From Auanema rhodensis (lineage: Eukaryota > Animalia > Nematoda), in assembly GCA_964057225.1 (NCBI GenBank), contig OZ059898.1:8990001-9054000 (forward strand): a stretch of DNA of 64,000 nt. Reading direction: 5' to 3'. The notes below the pieces were generated by a model. The model was not told where the DNA came from. It was given only the letters and a program-made list of their open reading frames with translations, and did no database searches. Positions within the stretch are counted from its first letter, which is position 1, and every line of letters starts with the position of its first letter. This document shows positions 40,923-53,384 of this stretch, piece by piece. A program made the position numbers and the translations under genes.

Positions 40923-42122
40923 TTATATTTTATTTATAATATCACTTGATCGTGTTGATAACTTAATTGTTGCTAAATGATCTGCTCTTGTTGGACCTAT
41001 GTTTACAATCAATATAGGTTTCTTCTGTATATGAGCATAACTGGCGAAACGATAGCCAGACATAACTGATAAGGAAGATCCGAGTATAAGTAAACCATCA
41101 CATTCATCCATCTTAAATTATAATCTTAAAAACAGGAGGAAAGAAAAGCCATAAAGATAGATATAAAATTTTTCCAAACTGTCTACCTTCTCATATAGAA
41201 AGTCCACTGTTTTACGAGGCACATTATCACCAAAAAAAACTACATCAGTTTTCATTATGCCATCACAAGAAACACAACTTGGTACAATAAAGTCCTGAAG
41301 TATTATGAATGAAAATACATATTTTCCGGAGTAACAGTCCATACTTTTTCCGATCCTGGTGGCAGAAAAATATCACCATCTGGAGCCAATTCGCCTACAG
41401 TATAATTTTCAAAAAAACCCGGATTTAAGTCAGTTAAATGTGATTGGAAATCTTCTCTTAATAATTTTTAAACAGTCAACTTATTAAACTTAATCAGGAA
41501 AAACCTATCAGTCAATTCACCACAATTTGTGCACTTAACCCTATGTCCACAACCATGTAGTTCAGTCATTAAGGATGAACCAGCTCTGAACAATTTAAAT
41601 GCAAATAAAGCCAGGAATATGAAATATGAACTTTGCGTGCAATCCATCAACATTTTGAGTGATAAGCCATAGAAATCGTTCATCTCTTTCCCAATTAGCA
41701 ATAGAATAATGAGTTTTATTACAAGGAGCTACAGAAAACTCCGGCCAAGCCAAATAATTTCTTGCCCAATATCTACAAAGCTTACATAGAAATCACAAAT
41801 CAAAAAAAAACAGTTAAACATAAACAAATATTGAATTTACCTTTTCCTATTGTTTTCGGATTTCATAAAATCTTGATGAGTAACGGGACGATGGTTGCTC
41901 CGTTCATATAATCCAACCTTTTCAGATCTATAATCAGGTATTCCTCAAAATAATATTAAGAAGTAAGCTATCTACACTTTAAGTCTTACCAGATTCGGTA
42001 GAGATACCAGCTCCAGTCAATACAACTAGTTTAGTTAGACCCGCCAATTCATTTTGAAACTTTTTTAATATATTTTCATCTACAGGATTGAATTTAGGCA
42101 CGAATCTATTTAATTTATTCAT
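40923..42122 (-). CDS. sir-2.2: SIRT4-class sirtuin (sir-2.2/sir-2.3-like)
   Basis: [35 protein letters not shown], zinc CxxC pairs, [38 protein letters not shown]. Confidence 0.88.
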
Positions 42123-42565
42123 TGAAAACTAATAAACTCAAGTTATAAGGAGAAAGAACTTAAGACCAGCAGTTGCGAGCGATTATTGCCGCGACGCGTT
42201 CAATAGTCCAAACATTTAAAAAAATTATATGAGTAATGTTAAATATTATTATATTATTAAAATACAAATTAATAAAAAATAACATAAATACAGAATTATA
42301 TGTATATATATAAATATATAAATAGTTAAAATATTCTCAACAATTGTAATTAATTATATGAGTACTGTAATATTTTGACAGTAAGCCAAAATATTGTTTA
42401 GTAACCTTGTACAATAATTGTTTTGAAAATATTTAATTTTAATTTCAAATAATATTAAAAAATATGAATCAAATAAATATTTGTAATATACCATAGTTCA
42501 CGTAATTGTTCAGAAAGTTTCATTTAAAGAGATTTTTAGAAGAAGTGCGGTTGTTTATATCTGTA

Positions 42566-43975
42566 ATGGATGGATTTAATGTTGATAATGTCTTATCAAA
42601 TCTTATGGCTGTAGGAATGACAAGAGGAAGATTAACAAAAAATGTGAATAAGTAACATAGAATGTATTTAAGTATTTAGAAACAAATTTGATAAATTAAA
42701 ATATATAACAATGAAATATTCAAAAATTTACAGATATCTGAACAAGATTTGATTAATTTAACAATTGCTACTAAGAACGTTTTTATGACACAGCCTGTAC
42801 TTCTTGAAGTTCAAACTCCGATAATGATTTGTGGAGATATACATGGACAGGTTACTTCAACTTTTTCTTTACACATATGAATATTATAATTTAATTAATT
42901 ATTAGATTAATTTATATATTTGTTTATTGTATTATTTTTATTTATTTTATTCTCGAGATTCAGCCATTTTCAGTATTCAGATTTGTTGAGAATATTCGAC
43001 AAAAATGGATTTCCACCTGAACAAAATTATATGTTTTTGGGTGATTATGTTGATCGTGGAAGACAAAATATTGAAACAATTTGTATTTTATTTTGTTTAA
43101 AAATCAAGTATATAATATTATATGAAATAAATTAATAATAAAGATTATTTAGGTACCCAGATAATTTTTTTTTATTACGTGGGAACCATGAATCAGCAGC
43201 CGTTAATAGAGTTTATGGGTTTTATGAAGAAATTATTCGTCGTTATAAAAGTGTTAAACTATGGCAATTTTTTCAAGTAAATAGTCAATTCAGTTCACAT
43301 AATTTCTATTCGATATATTTTCAGGAATCGTTTGCTTGGATGCCATTATGTGGTTTAGTTGCTAGCCGTGTATTGTGCATGCATGGTGGACTGTCTCCTG
43401 ATATCAAAAGCTTAGATGATGTACGTAACTTAGAAAGACCAATTATCCCAGCAAATCCATCTTTAATTATTGATTTACTTTGGTCAGATCCAGATAAAAC
43501 TGTTAAGGTATCATATAGTATAATCATTATTATATCATATAGATATTGCGAGAATTAGGGATGGGATACGAACACACGTGGTGTTTCATATGTTTTTGGT
43601 GAGGATGTTGTACATGAATTTTGCAAAAAACATGAAATTGATCTAATAGCAAGAGCTCACCAGGTTTAGTAAGCATGACTCATAGTTTTTTGTTAAAATT
43701 ATGCAGGTGGTACAAGATGGATATGAATTTTTTGCAAATCGTAAATTAGTAACAATATTCTCTGCTCCAAATTATTGTGGACAGTTCGATAATCACGCAG
43801 CTTGTATGAAGGTGAGCTTATAAAATATTATTTACTTAATGTTTGATTTTCATTTAAGATTAATCAAGAATTATTATGTTCCTTCTTTGTTTTTGAGCCG
43901 ATAGCAGCTAGTCTAACATTAAAAACTCAACAAACAGAAAAACTGAAAAAGGAAGAAAATGCTAAGAAAAATTGA
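42566..43975 (+). CDS. PP1 catalytic subunit of the nematode sperm GSP-3/GSP-4 type
   Basis: [35 protein letters not shown]; the segments [24 protein letters not shown] and [10 protein letters not shown] resemble GSP-3/4 rather than GSP-1/2. Confidence 0.92.
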
Positions 43976-44249
43976 TTACAACTATGTAATTTTAATATGA
44001 TCGTTAAATCTTCTTTTTTTTCTTTTTTTTTTAGTAAATTATATGGTTATCTCATATTTCTGATTTATTTGATGTTCAAGAGAAAACAAACGTTTGATTC
44101 CGTTTCTTGATCCAAATGTTATTTGAAGAAAATGAAATGACAGCTGGAGAAGCAAATATTTAGAAATCTTGTTACAATTTCGAATCCGGAATAGTTCACT
44201 ATAAGGTTGAAGATGTTTTACTTCTCCTTATTTTTACTTTTATTATTTG

Positions 44250-44250
<1 letters not shown>

Positions 44251-44280
<30 letters not shown>
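44251..44280. repeat. (TA)n microsatellite
   Basis: 15 TA units. Confidence 0.9.
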
Positions 44281-44286
<6 letters not shown>

Positions 44287-47200
44287 TATAATCTCGTTCA
44301 CCTATGTAATCAATCATCATCACACAGTTTCCCTAATTGAGCTTTCATATCTTGGTTCTGCTCACTTACAATCTTTGCCATCTTTTCCAATTATTTCTTT
44401 TATTGTATAAAATCTCTCTTGTGTCTATGCTATTTCATCAAATATTTCTACGTTCTCTAAACTTTGACTGAGCACTTGACATTCAATTCATTGATAGAAA
44501 GAGCCTTGACTTCGATGAGAGTAAAGAAGAAACTATATAATGATATGCATATAGTAGTTAGAGATGGTATATTTAAGGTAGAAGAAGTGCATTCGTTTAC
44601 TTTAGATGTGCTGGTCAATGATGAGAACAGCTAGTATGAAGGATAAAGATAGTTCAGCTACTTTCTCTCTACTATATTCTTCAAAGTCGAATCATCAGCG
44701 TGAATAGAGGTCACCTTTCACTCATCTTATAACATGTTGTCCTTTTTTCTGATCTTATTTATATTCAGAAAGCTTATATCCTTCTTTCTTTCTTTCTTTT
44801 TTTTCTCAATGAATCTGGAGGATATCTCAGTCTGCTAATCCTAAATGCAAACCAATCCAACCAGATACATCCTGCTGAGAAACCTAAGCACCAAAAGCTC
44901 ATTCAATATAGAGAAAGCTGCCCTGTTTTTCACTTTGCTCATCACAGAAGAACAGCTTTGATATTTTTCTTTTATAATAGAGCTTGATTTACAACTTGAC
45001 AAGTTGGAGGAAATCAATGATGCTTCTGCGTTGTCTGTGCAATATGGATAGTAAATAAGGCTCTGACAGGGTGGCACGAATGTAAGCAAAGCAGAGCAGC
45101 TCAAGTACTGTTGCAAGCATAATGGCAATCAGCCTGTCATATTCAAAACTATAAGCCTTGAATCATCTATCTGACAGATTTTAGTAGAAGAGAAATATAT
45201 CACATGAGACATAGAAGAAATGTGAGAAATAGATAATATTTTCTCTCAACGAATAGAAAGTATATGAAGATAAATTGCCAAAGATTTGTTGTATCATCCA
45301 AACAAAATTGTAAATCTATGTACATGTACAGTAAATAAGTATATATGTATTATGATATTAAACCTTGAACATCTTGGGGACAGTCGGATTACGGTACTTC
45401 ATCCGAATTGCTAATGGCTCTTTTGACACGTGAGTGAATAAGGCGTGAGGTCAATGAACCAAACTTTTATACCTTGACGATTACAATAATCCTTTTAGCA
45501 AAAAGTTGTTCAAATGCTTTTGTTACCAAAACAGTAGGATATATGTATCAATGTACTATAGATAGTATAGAATATAGTAAATAGTTTAATAATATATTCT
45601 GATAAACAATTCAAAATTTGAATAAAATACTATAAATTTTATATATTTCTTGTATTTAATCTAAGAACTTTAAGATATCTCAACAAATCTATTTCGTTTT
45701 CAAAGCTAATTTTATTTTAAAATATAATCATTTAAATCATTAGGATAACAGAAATTTTATTTATTTTCTTTAATTTTTTTTTGTAAAATCATTCAAAACA
45801 AACATGGAAAAAGTGATCCATGATTGTAAATGACATTAAAAAAATCAAGATTCGATCATGGATATGTCGTTTCTCGTCTGAGGACACATCTTAACAATGC
45901 CGACGGAAGTCCATAAATGCTTGGAAAACTGTTGTATTTCCTTGTTTTCTATGTTCCGTTTATGGGGGCCCATATCATTCTTTGAAACAATCCGAAAACT
46001 ATGTGATTTCTAGTAATAAAGCACTGATGCGACACTCTTTACAACTTCGAGTCGGAAGACGATTTGTGTTTTTTTTTGCTACTGGTAAAATATATTATAT
46101 ATTATTATTATTATATGATATTTCATGTTAATCATATATTTCTATTGAATTATAGAATTCTTAAGCATTGTAGATATTCAAAAATCATGAAATTGGAAGA
46201 GGATAGCTCATCTCAGTTCACACAGGTCAGTTCATTTAAACTAATGATCCAAAGACTGTGTATGATCAAAACGATCATCCGCTGTAAGTAACACAGCAGG
46301 AAGTCCTATTCACACAATATTCAAGGTACTTATTATATAAAAAAACGGAATAAACTAACCCTTACTCACTTAATGAAAACAGAATAGCATAGTTATTAAA
46401 TTTTATAATTATATATTTCGCTTATTCAGCTATATCTACCAGTATTCTATTATGTTGTACATTAACAATAATAATTTCCGGTCGGAAATTACATAAACAT
46501 CGGATTTTCTTCTGAATATCGTTTGAAAAACTTCTCACTTCGTACGGTAATCTTTCTTGTCAAAGTTTGAGCCGACCAAGTGAGATATTAAGCGTCTACT
46601 TAGGGCTGATTCCCATATATCTCTGATGACTAGTGAGTAAAACATCGAGATTCTTGGGTAAGATTCTCAGCCAGCTATTAGGACCTTTGGTCATTTTCCG
46701 GTTAACTTAGTAAAGTCAATTCAAGGTCATGATATTGAGGTAGTCTGACAGGGTCAGATATGAAGCTGTCAACATGAAATATGAAACACGTGCTTTGATA
46801 TATTTGATTAAGTGAATATGATTATAAAAATATTTTGAATAATATTCAATTTTGCCAAAAATAAATAAATAATATAGTAAAAACTTATATAAAACGAGTA
46901 TTTGCTTGTTCATGACAAATGTATATTTCCCATCCAACTGTTTCAGATGATAGTTTAGAATGAATGACGAAGACCATCCAGAAAGAAAAAGAAAAAAAGA
47001 AAGAAGGAAAAACTAAAAAAAACATTGAAGGGCCATATAGAAACAACAGAATAGCTCAAAGATAAAGAATGTACTTTGAATGATTTAACTATCTACTGTT
47101 GCTTTTCTTCTAAATTCTAATTGTTATGTTGAAAGTCAAAAATTAAAAAAAATACTTTTGGAATTAAAAGTTAACTACAAAGAATTATAATACTTATAGT

Positions 47201-47852
47201 ATATAATAGTATATATACATATATAGTTATATTAAACTATATTTACTATTTTATTAGATAATATTGTTGTTCATAAATTATTTTTGAAATTCTTTTGTCG
47301 GCTTTTAATCATCAAAGGAAATTATAAGAAATAATTACCTACATATATTTAAAAGGAAATTAGTTATATTATCATCAAAAGAAGTTCCGAGTTCATATAT
47401 TATGAGATTCTAACACCTACAAACATACATATTATTTAATTTCATTTGATTGTAGACTGTTATCAGATGAACTCAGTATGAATCTCATAATCCTAGATAG
47501 ATAATGTTAGATTAGCTTAGTTCAGTGACGTATCCATATTCTTTAAACTAATTATAATGTTATCTATCAATATTCTATATGTATATAAGTAACAATTTGT
47601 TTTCTTATCACATTCATTCTGTGTTTTTTCTGTTTTTTTAAATAATACTCTCTTCATATTGTATACTATTTCTTACTTAAATGGTCAATTCGGGTCTCGC
47701 TTACTGTCTAACAATCCCTTCCTTATTCAGAGGCTCAAGCCGCCGACAAGTAGGCGGAGTCCGTGTCGTAGAACAGTATGTGGGTGGGGTCAGCCAGAAG
47801 AAACCACAGAGGACAGTCAAGTCAAGGCATATCACGTATTCACGCACATCTC

Positions 47853-50800
47853 ATGTTACCAAATATAGTTAATATGTTAACTATATATGCTTTTATTCTA
47901 ATTATTCCATCAATATCATCAGAATCAACATGTGATTTATTACGTAAATCACATTATCACCATCATGATAAGAAGCCAGGTTTGTATTTTTTTTAATTTT
48001 TTTCATATTTATTCATATATTCTTGAAATATTCTTGTTTTTGCTATTCTTATTATTCTCATATTATTTTCTTTATAATCAAAAAAAGATTATTTTTAATT
48101 ATTAAATTTCTCAAACTTTCTCAAGCTTTTATATATCTGATTTAAAATAATTTTCTTCTATAATTCTAGTTATTTATCTATTTTGCTATTCAATTCTCTA
48201 ACATATCAAAGACATAACTCTACCTTGATATCTGGTCGGACTTGCCTGTCTAAGTCTTTCCCATGAAAAGAAAAAAATCCTCAAAGGATTTGCATGCCGA
48301 CATTATAAGTTAAAAAAACCTTATGCGAATATATCATATGTTTTACCTATCAATCTAACATTTAGTAAAATTATTTATTTCTTTATCCTTTTAAGTTTTA
48401 TTTCTTTTCTTTTAGAAACTCTTCAAATTTGTACTAATGTTGATAACTCTTGTTGTACAAGATCAATTGAACAACAAATGTATGAAAAAGCTGAAAGGTT
48501 TGTTATATCATTTCAACTTGTCCAAGTTTTATAATATTTTTCATTTTATTATAGAACATTTCAATCACAATTACAAGACAAAGTTATTATTCTTAGACAT
48601 TTAATACAAACAAATATGAATAATTTTAAAAGTATGTTGTCTTTATTTCTTTTCTTTTATTTTATTCTTTATTATCTTTTCAGCATATTTTTATAATTCT
48701 CTCAACACTTGTCATACTCAGTTAGATATAATGTTTAAACGAACATACGGACCTTTCTATGAAACAAATGCTGCTGTAAGTCTTTCTATTATCTATTTTC
48801 CGTTTTTCATCATTTTGGATATTCTCTTCAACCAGATGTTTCAGGTTTTCGAAATTTTTTTCAACCGTCTTCGAGCTTTTTCATCACCATATTCCGATTT
48901 ATCTATTGAGCAAATCAGTAATGATATGTTCGGACAGTTATTTCGTATTGTTTTCTCACTTTTAAATCCATTGGTAAGCATATAGAATTCATTTTTTTTT
49001 AATTTATCTTTTATATATTTTAATTATTTGATTAATTATTCTATTTAAGACTCGTGTGTCAGATGAACAAGCAAAATGCATGGAAGAAAGTATGAGTGAC
49101 ATTGATCCCTTTGGCGATATGCCAACTAAGGTAAGAGCTACTACATATAAGGTTATATGGCCAGTTACTTCATGAGGACCATAAAATATATGAATAAGAA
49201 ACTATTATTATAACCTGTAACCCTACTTTTATTCATCGAATTATATAATTTGTACCCTCCTGTTCAACTCTTAAATCATTTTTACCTTCAGCTATTAGAT
49301 CATATTCATATTGTTTATAATATTGATTTTTTTCTTTCAGATTGTTAACCATTTGAAGAAAGTTTTAACCTCATGGCGTCAATTCATAGGATCATTAGAA
49401 ACAGCCAATGAGGTTTTACGAGGATTCATGAACGTAAGTTTGTAACTTCTATACCTATTTTATTCTTTATCTCATTACCATCTAAAGAAAAATACCGACA
49501 ACATATAAAACAAATAATAATAATTATAAATTAATCTCTTTACCTATTCATATAAAATCTTTTTCATTTTATTTGGATTGAGTAACTTTCATTGTTTTAT
49601 AAAGAAATGGTCATCAGAATATCCTTTTATGACACATTCACATATACGTAAAGATGGGCTTTGACTATATTTTGGCCTTTAACATCTTTTGTTTATGAAA
49701 ACATCGCTTGTTATCCAACATGAGATTCATGTGAAATAACTTAAATGTCTGTTCATCTATCATTCAGTACCAATTTCGGTAGTTCTTCTTCAATTCTTTT
49801 GATCATTTTCTTATTAGAAGCTTACCGATAAATTACCTTTTTGCTTTCTGCTTTACTTAATTGCTCTAATAAGCTTCTTTCGGAGACATAAATGGAATAG
49901 ACTAGAAGATTTAAAGTGAATTGTGCTAGCCGGATGCCACCTGGAGTCTGACAATTACCATTCTAACTAATCCGTATACTTTTGCCTAAGATCAGACTCT
50001 TGAGGACTCTAAATCCAACAGGTTTTCATGCTCCAAATCATCCAGCTGTGATTGCGTTCATAAAGTTATTAATGAGGGGGATTAAGATTAAGATATTCTG
50101 ATATTCTTCACCAAAAATCTTTTTTTTTTCTTTTTTTTTTCTTGAAAAAAAAATCATTTGTTACTGTTTGTTTTCATTCCAATTTCTTTGCGACCTTCTT
50201 TTTTTGAAGACAAAATACGAGAAAGACTTTGGGAACGTGATAGTTTCTGTGATCCAAACAAATGATTTTTCTGTTCTTCCGGTTAATTACTGGTTTCCGG
50301 ACACAGAAAGTTACGGTCAACAATACGTTGACGTATCGTCCTTGAGGATTTCCTTAAGAAAGTCTCATGTTGCAATCTTTACTAGAACATGTACGACCTT
50401 TTCTTATGACAAGTAGACAAAAGGCTATGACTAAGCTCTATTCTTATCCTATTATTAATATTATTGCAATGATATGTATGACAATTTGTGTCGTCGAATT
50501 AAATATAATATGTTTGATGACCGGATATATATTAATTCATTAAATATATTTTTATAGATCACCCTTTCTAAGGAATGTGTTCGAAATCTGGCTCGAATGG
50601 GAGACTGTTCCTTATGTTCATCTCAGCCAACAACCGTCAAGCCCTGCGGCAATTTCTGTCGAAATGTTCTTAAAGGATGCTTAGCTGAATGGGCGGAAAT
50701 GGATCAACAGTGGAATCATGTTGTCGGTATGTCGTCTTATTCTACCTTTTAATGGAATTTTCGCTTTTTTTACTACGATTTGAACCAATTTCAAGCAAAT

Positions 50801-53384
50801 TTCTTTCAATGTATTAGTATCCTTTGTTACTTCAACTTCTCTTGATCTTTCCGAATCCAATATCTCAACCTTTATCTTTTTGCCATCGTTGAATTCTCAA
50901 TTTTTTCAAAATTATATAAGTTAGCATATAAGATTAATACCTTATATTATTTTTATGAATATTGAGTACACATAGGCCAAGGACAATAGATTTAACAGAA
51001 AACAAGGCTTACACTTGCTAATGCTATTCTGATAATCTATTGTAGAAAAAAAGCTTTGTTTGAAGCTAAGCTTTTCAATGTCAAGGTTTGACAACTGTAA
51101 ATCTCAAGTGCTCATTGTTTCTTTCTTGAACTATTTATACATTCAAGTTAGTTTTGTATATTTATGAGCACACTATTGGATTTACTACTTTTTTTTGTAG
51201 AAATTGGCAAAATATTGAGAGATTATCTCATAGAATAAGATCAGAAGTAAAGAAATAAAGAGGTTTGACAGCAGTTTTATGCTCTTCAGTTGCATAATAA
51301 GCAAAGAATCTGAACCATATTGAAGATTAACCCACAGCGGGTGAGTACAAAAGCATTTCGCTCTCTCTCTGTCGCTCTCTCTGTCTTTCTTCTACTCCTC
51401 TTATAATAGACGTGCTCATACTATCTGACCCGAACTATTCGTAACTATACATATGTCTTTTCTCGCTTCTTTTTTTGTCTAATCCTCTCAATATTCTCAT
51501 ATCACTCTCTGTCATTTGTAAGATCTTCTCTTATATTTATATGCTCTTCTGCATAATCAAAATCATCAAGCGACTAGCCGACAGGTGTTGATCCAGCCTT
51601 ACGCACAAGATTCGTTTCTAATATTAGTAGTATTAGTTAGTTATCCATTGTAAGATCGTAAATGATAATACTTCTTAAAGAAACAGAAACAAAAAACACA
51701 AAAATATCTTTTTTTTTGTTTTCAAAAACAGCTGTTCTTATGTATATATCTGCTTATACATTTATCTATCAATTAAATCTCTTTTTACTAACCGAAAAAG
51801 AAAAGATATATGTTTTTATAAATAAATATATTTTTTAATTGAATAATATTTATAGGTGGATTATCAAAAATGAGTCAAATTCTTGGAAGTAGTCACAATA
51901 TTCATCATACTTTAACACCATTACCTGTTCAACTTAGTGAAGCTGTAATGACATTTCAAGAGAAGGGATCCTCAATTACTAATAAGGTAAATATTTTAGT
52001 TATTCAATATCAATTGGTTATTACTCTCGTTCTCTCTTTTTCTTTCAAAAAAATCGGCAGATTAGTATTAGTTTTGATCAAATAAAACGTTAGCTAGGTC
52101 ACATCATATAATGATGTTTAGGGTACAAACATATAAAACTGATATCATACTATTTGCTCTATCTAAGAAAAGAAAAGAAAAAAGCCATTCGAGAAGTTAA
52201 TATAACATATCAGAATAATTATATTATATCATAAATTATGTTATAGTTAAGGTCATAATTTATATAGTTCTTGTGATATTAATGATATTAATGATAGGCA
52301 TAACATACATATACCTAACTATATCATATCATATCTTAAAAAGAAAAACAATTTATAAGGGATTTTATTATTATTAATTATTTATTTATAGGTTCTTGCT
52401 CGTTGCTTTAATATGGATAATGAAATGATTCAACATCATGAACCATCTTATGTATTAGTTCGTGGTAAACGTTCCGTTAACTGGATGCAAGCTGTTGTTA
52501 AAGATGATGAAAACCAATGGAAAATTTTGCAAGATCTCATGTCCGGATTTTCCGATCGAGTAAGTACTATATGAATGAAGCTAGTGCATAAAAATAAAAT
52601 AAAAAGTATAATATACAAAGGGGCTTAATCTCAGCTCTAACATACTGCTCCTCCCTTATCACACTTCTAATGCTTAATTCACCATAAGAAGTGGGTAGAA
52701 ATAAGAGATTTTCTCACTTATCAGCCTAAAAATGACGTTAGCTATAACTTTGTTTTGATTTGCACTTTTTATTTTTTATTCATTATAGTCAAAATACATC
52801 ATTATAGTCAAAATTTAAGAACATTGAAAGGGATTAAACAAATTATTCATTAATATTCAGTTTATTTATTTATTTATTTTAAGGTTTCATCCGTTCGCAA
52901 TTGGTTCAAAAATCTACCAGAATCTTTCTGCTCTGAATCTGGTATTGCTGCTGGTGCTTCTGAACAATGCTGGAATGGTACTGCCGTTGCTGATTATACA
53001 TATTCCGTGGCTTCTGATGGTATCAGTCAACAATCTACCAACTTGGAATATCAAAAAGAACATCGCCTCACCTACTTCGGATTGTTCGTGGAAGAGCGCT
53101 TAAAAATGGGAATTTTATCTTTCAAGATATATAACTCTCTAAATGGAAAAAACTACTCGAGTTATGAATTAGATTCAACTTCAGTATTTCCCGAAAATAC
53201 AAATGATGATGAAGACTATGCTGAAGGATCTGGAGATGATTCAGATGTCTCAATTATAAATATTGTATCACCAGATGATGTAGAAACCAAAAAATATTCG
53301 GAAAAATATGCTTCTGGATCGTTCCAACCAAATCTTATGCTTTCATTTATTTTTTCCATTATTTTACTTCAATTTTTTGACTAG
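47853..53384 (+). CDS. gpn-1: Glypican (GPI-anchored heparan sulfate proteoglycan)
   Basis: Signal peptide, LQIC..SCCT, MFKRTYG, PFGDMP, CSLC..KPCGNFCRNVLKGCLA, SEAVMTFQE, CWNG, acidic DDEDYAEGSGDD glycosaminoglycan site, hydrophobic GPI signal. Alternative starts at 47778 or 47874. The gpn-1 versus lon-2 assignment is less certain than the family call. Confidence 0.85.

Noticed and set aside
46623-46645. CTGATGA as a hammerhead ribozyme core
   Set aside because: No stem II followed by GAAA, and no flanking stems.
50168-50416. 82-aa ORF or cassette exon in a glypican intron
   Set aside because: Phase-compatible but with weak splice signals; the flanking exons already join into a normal glypican sequence.
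52781-52814. Direct repeat of CATTATAGTCAAAAT, twice
   Set aside because: Simple local slippage duplication inside an intron; no transposon termini.
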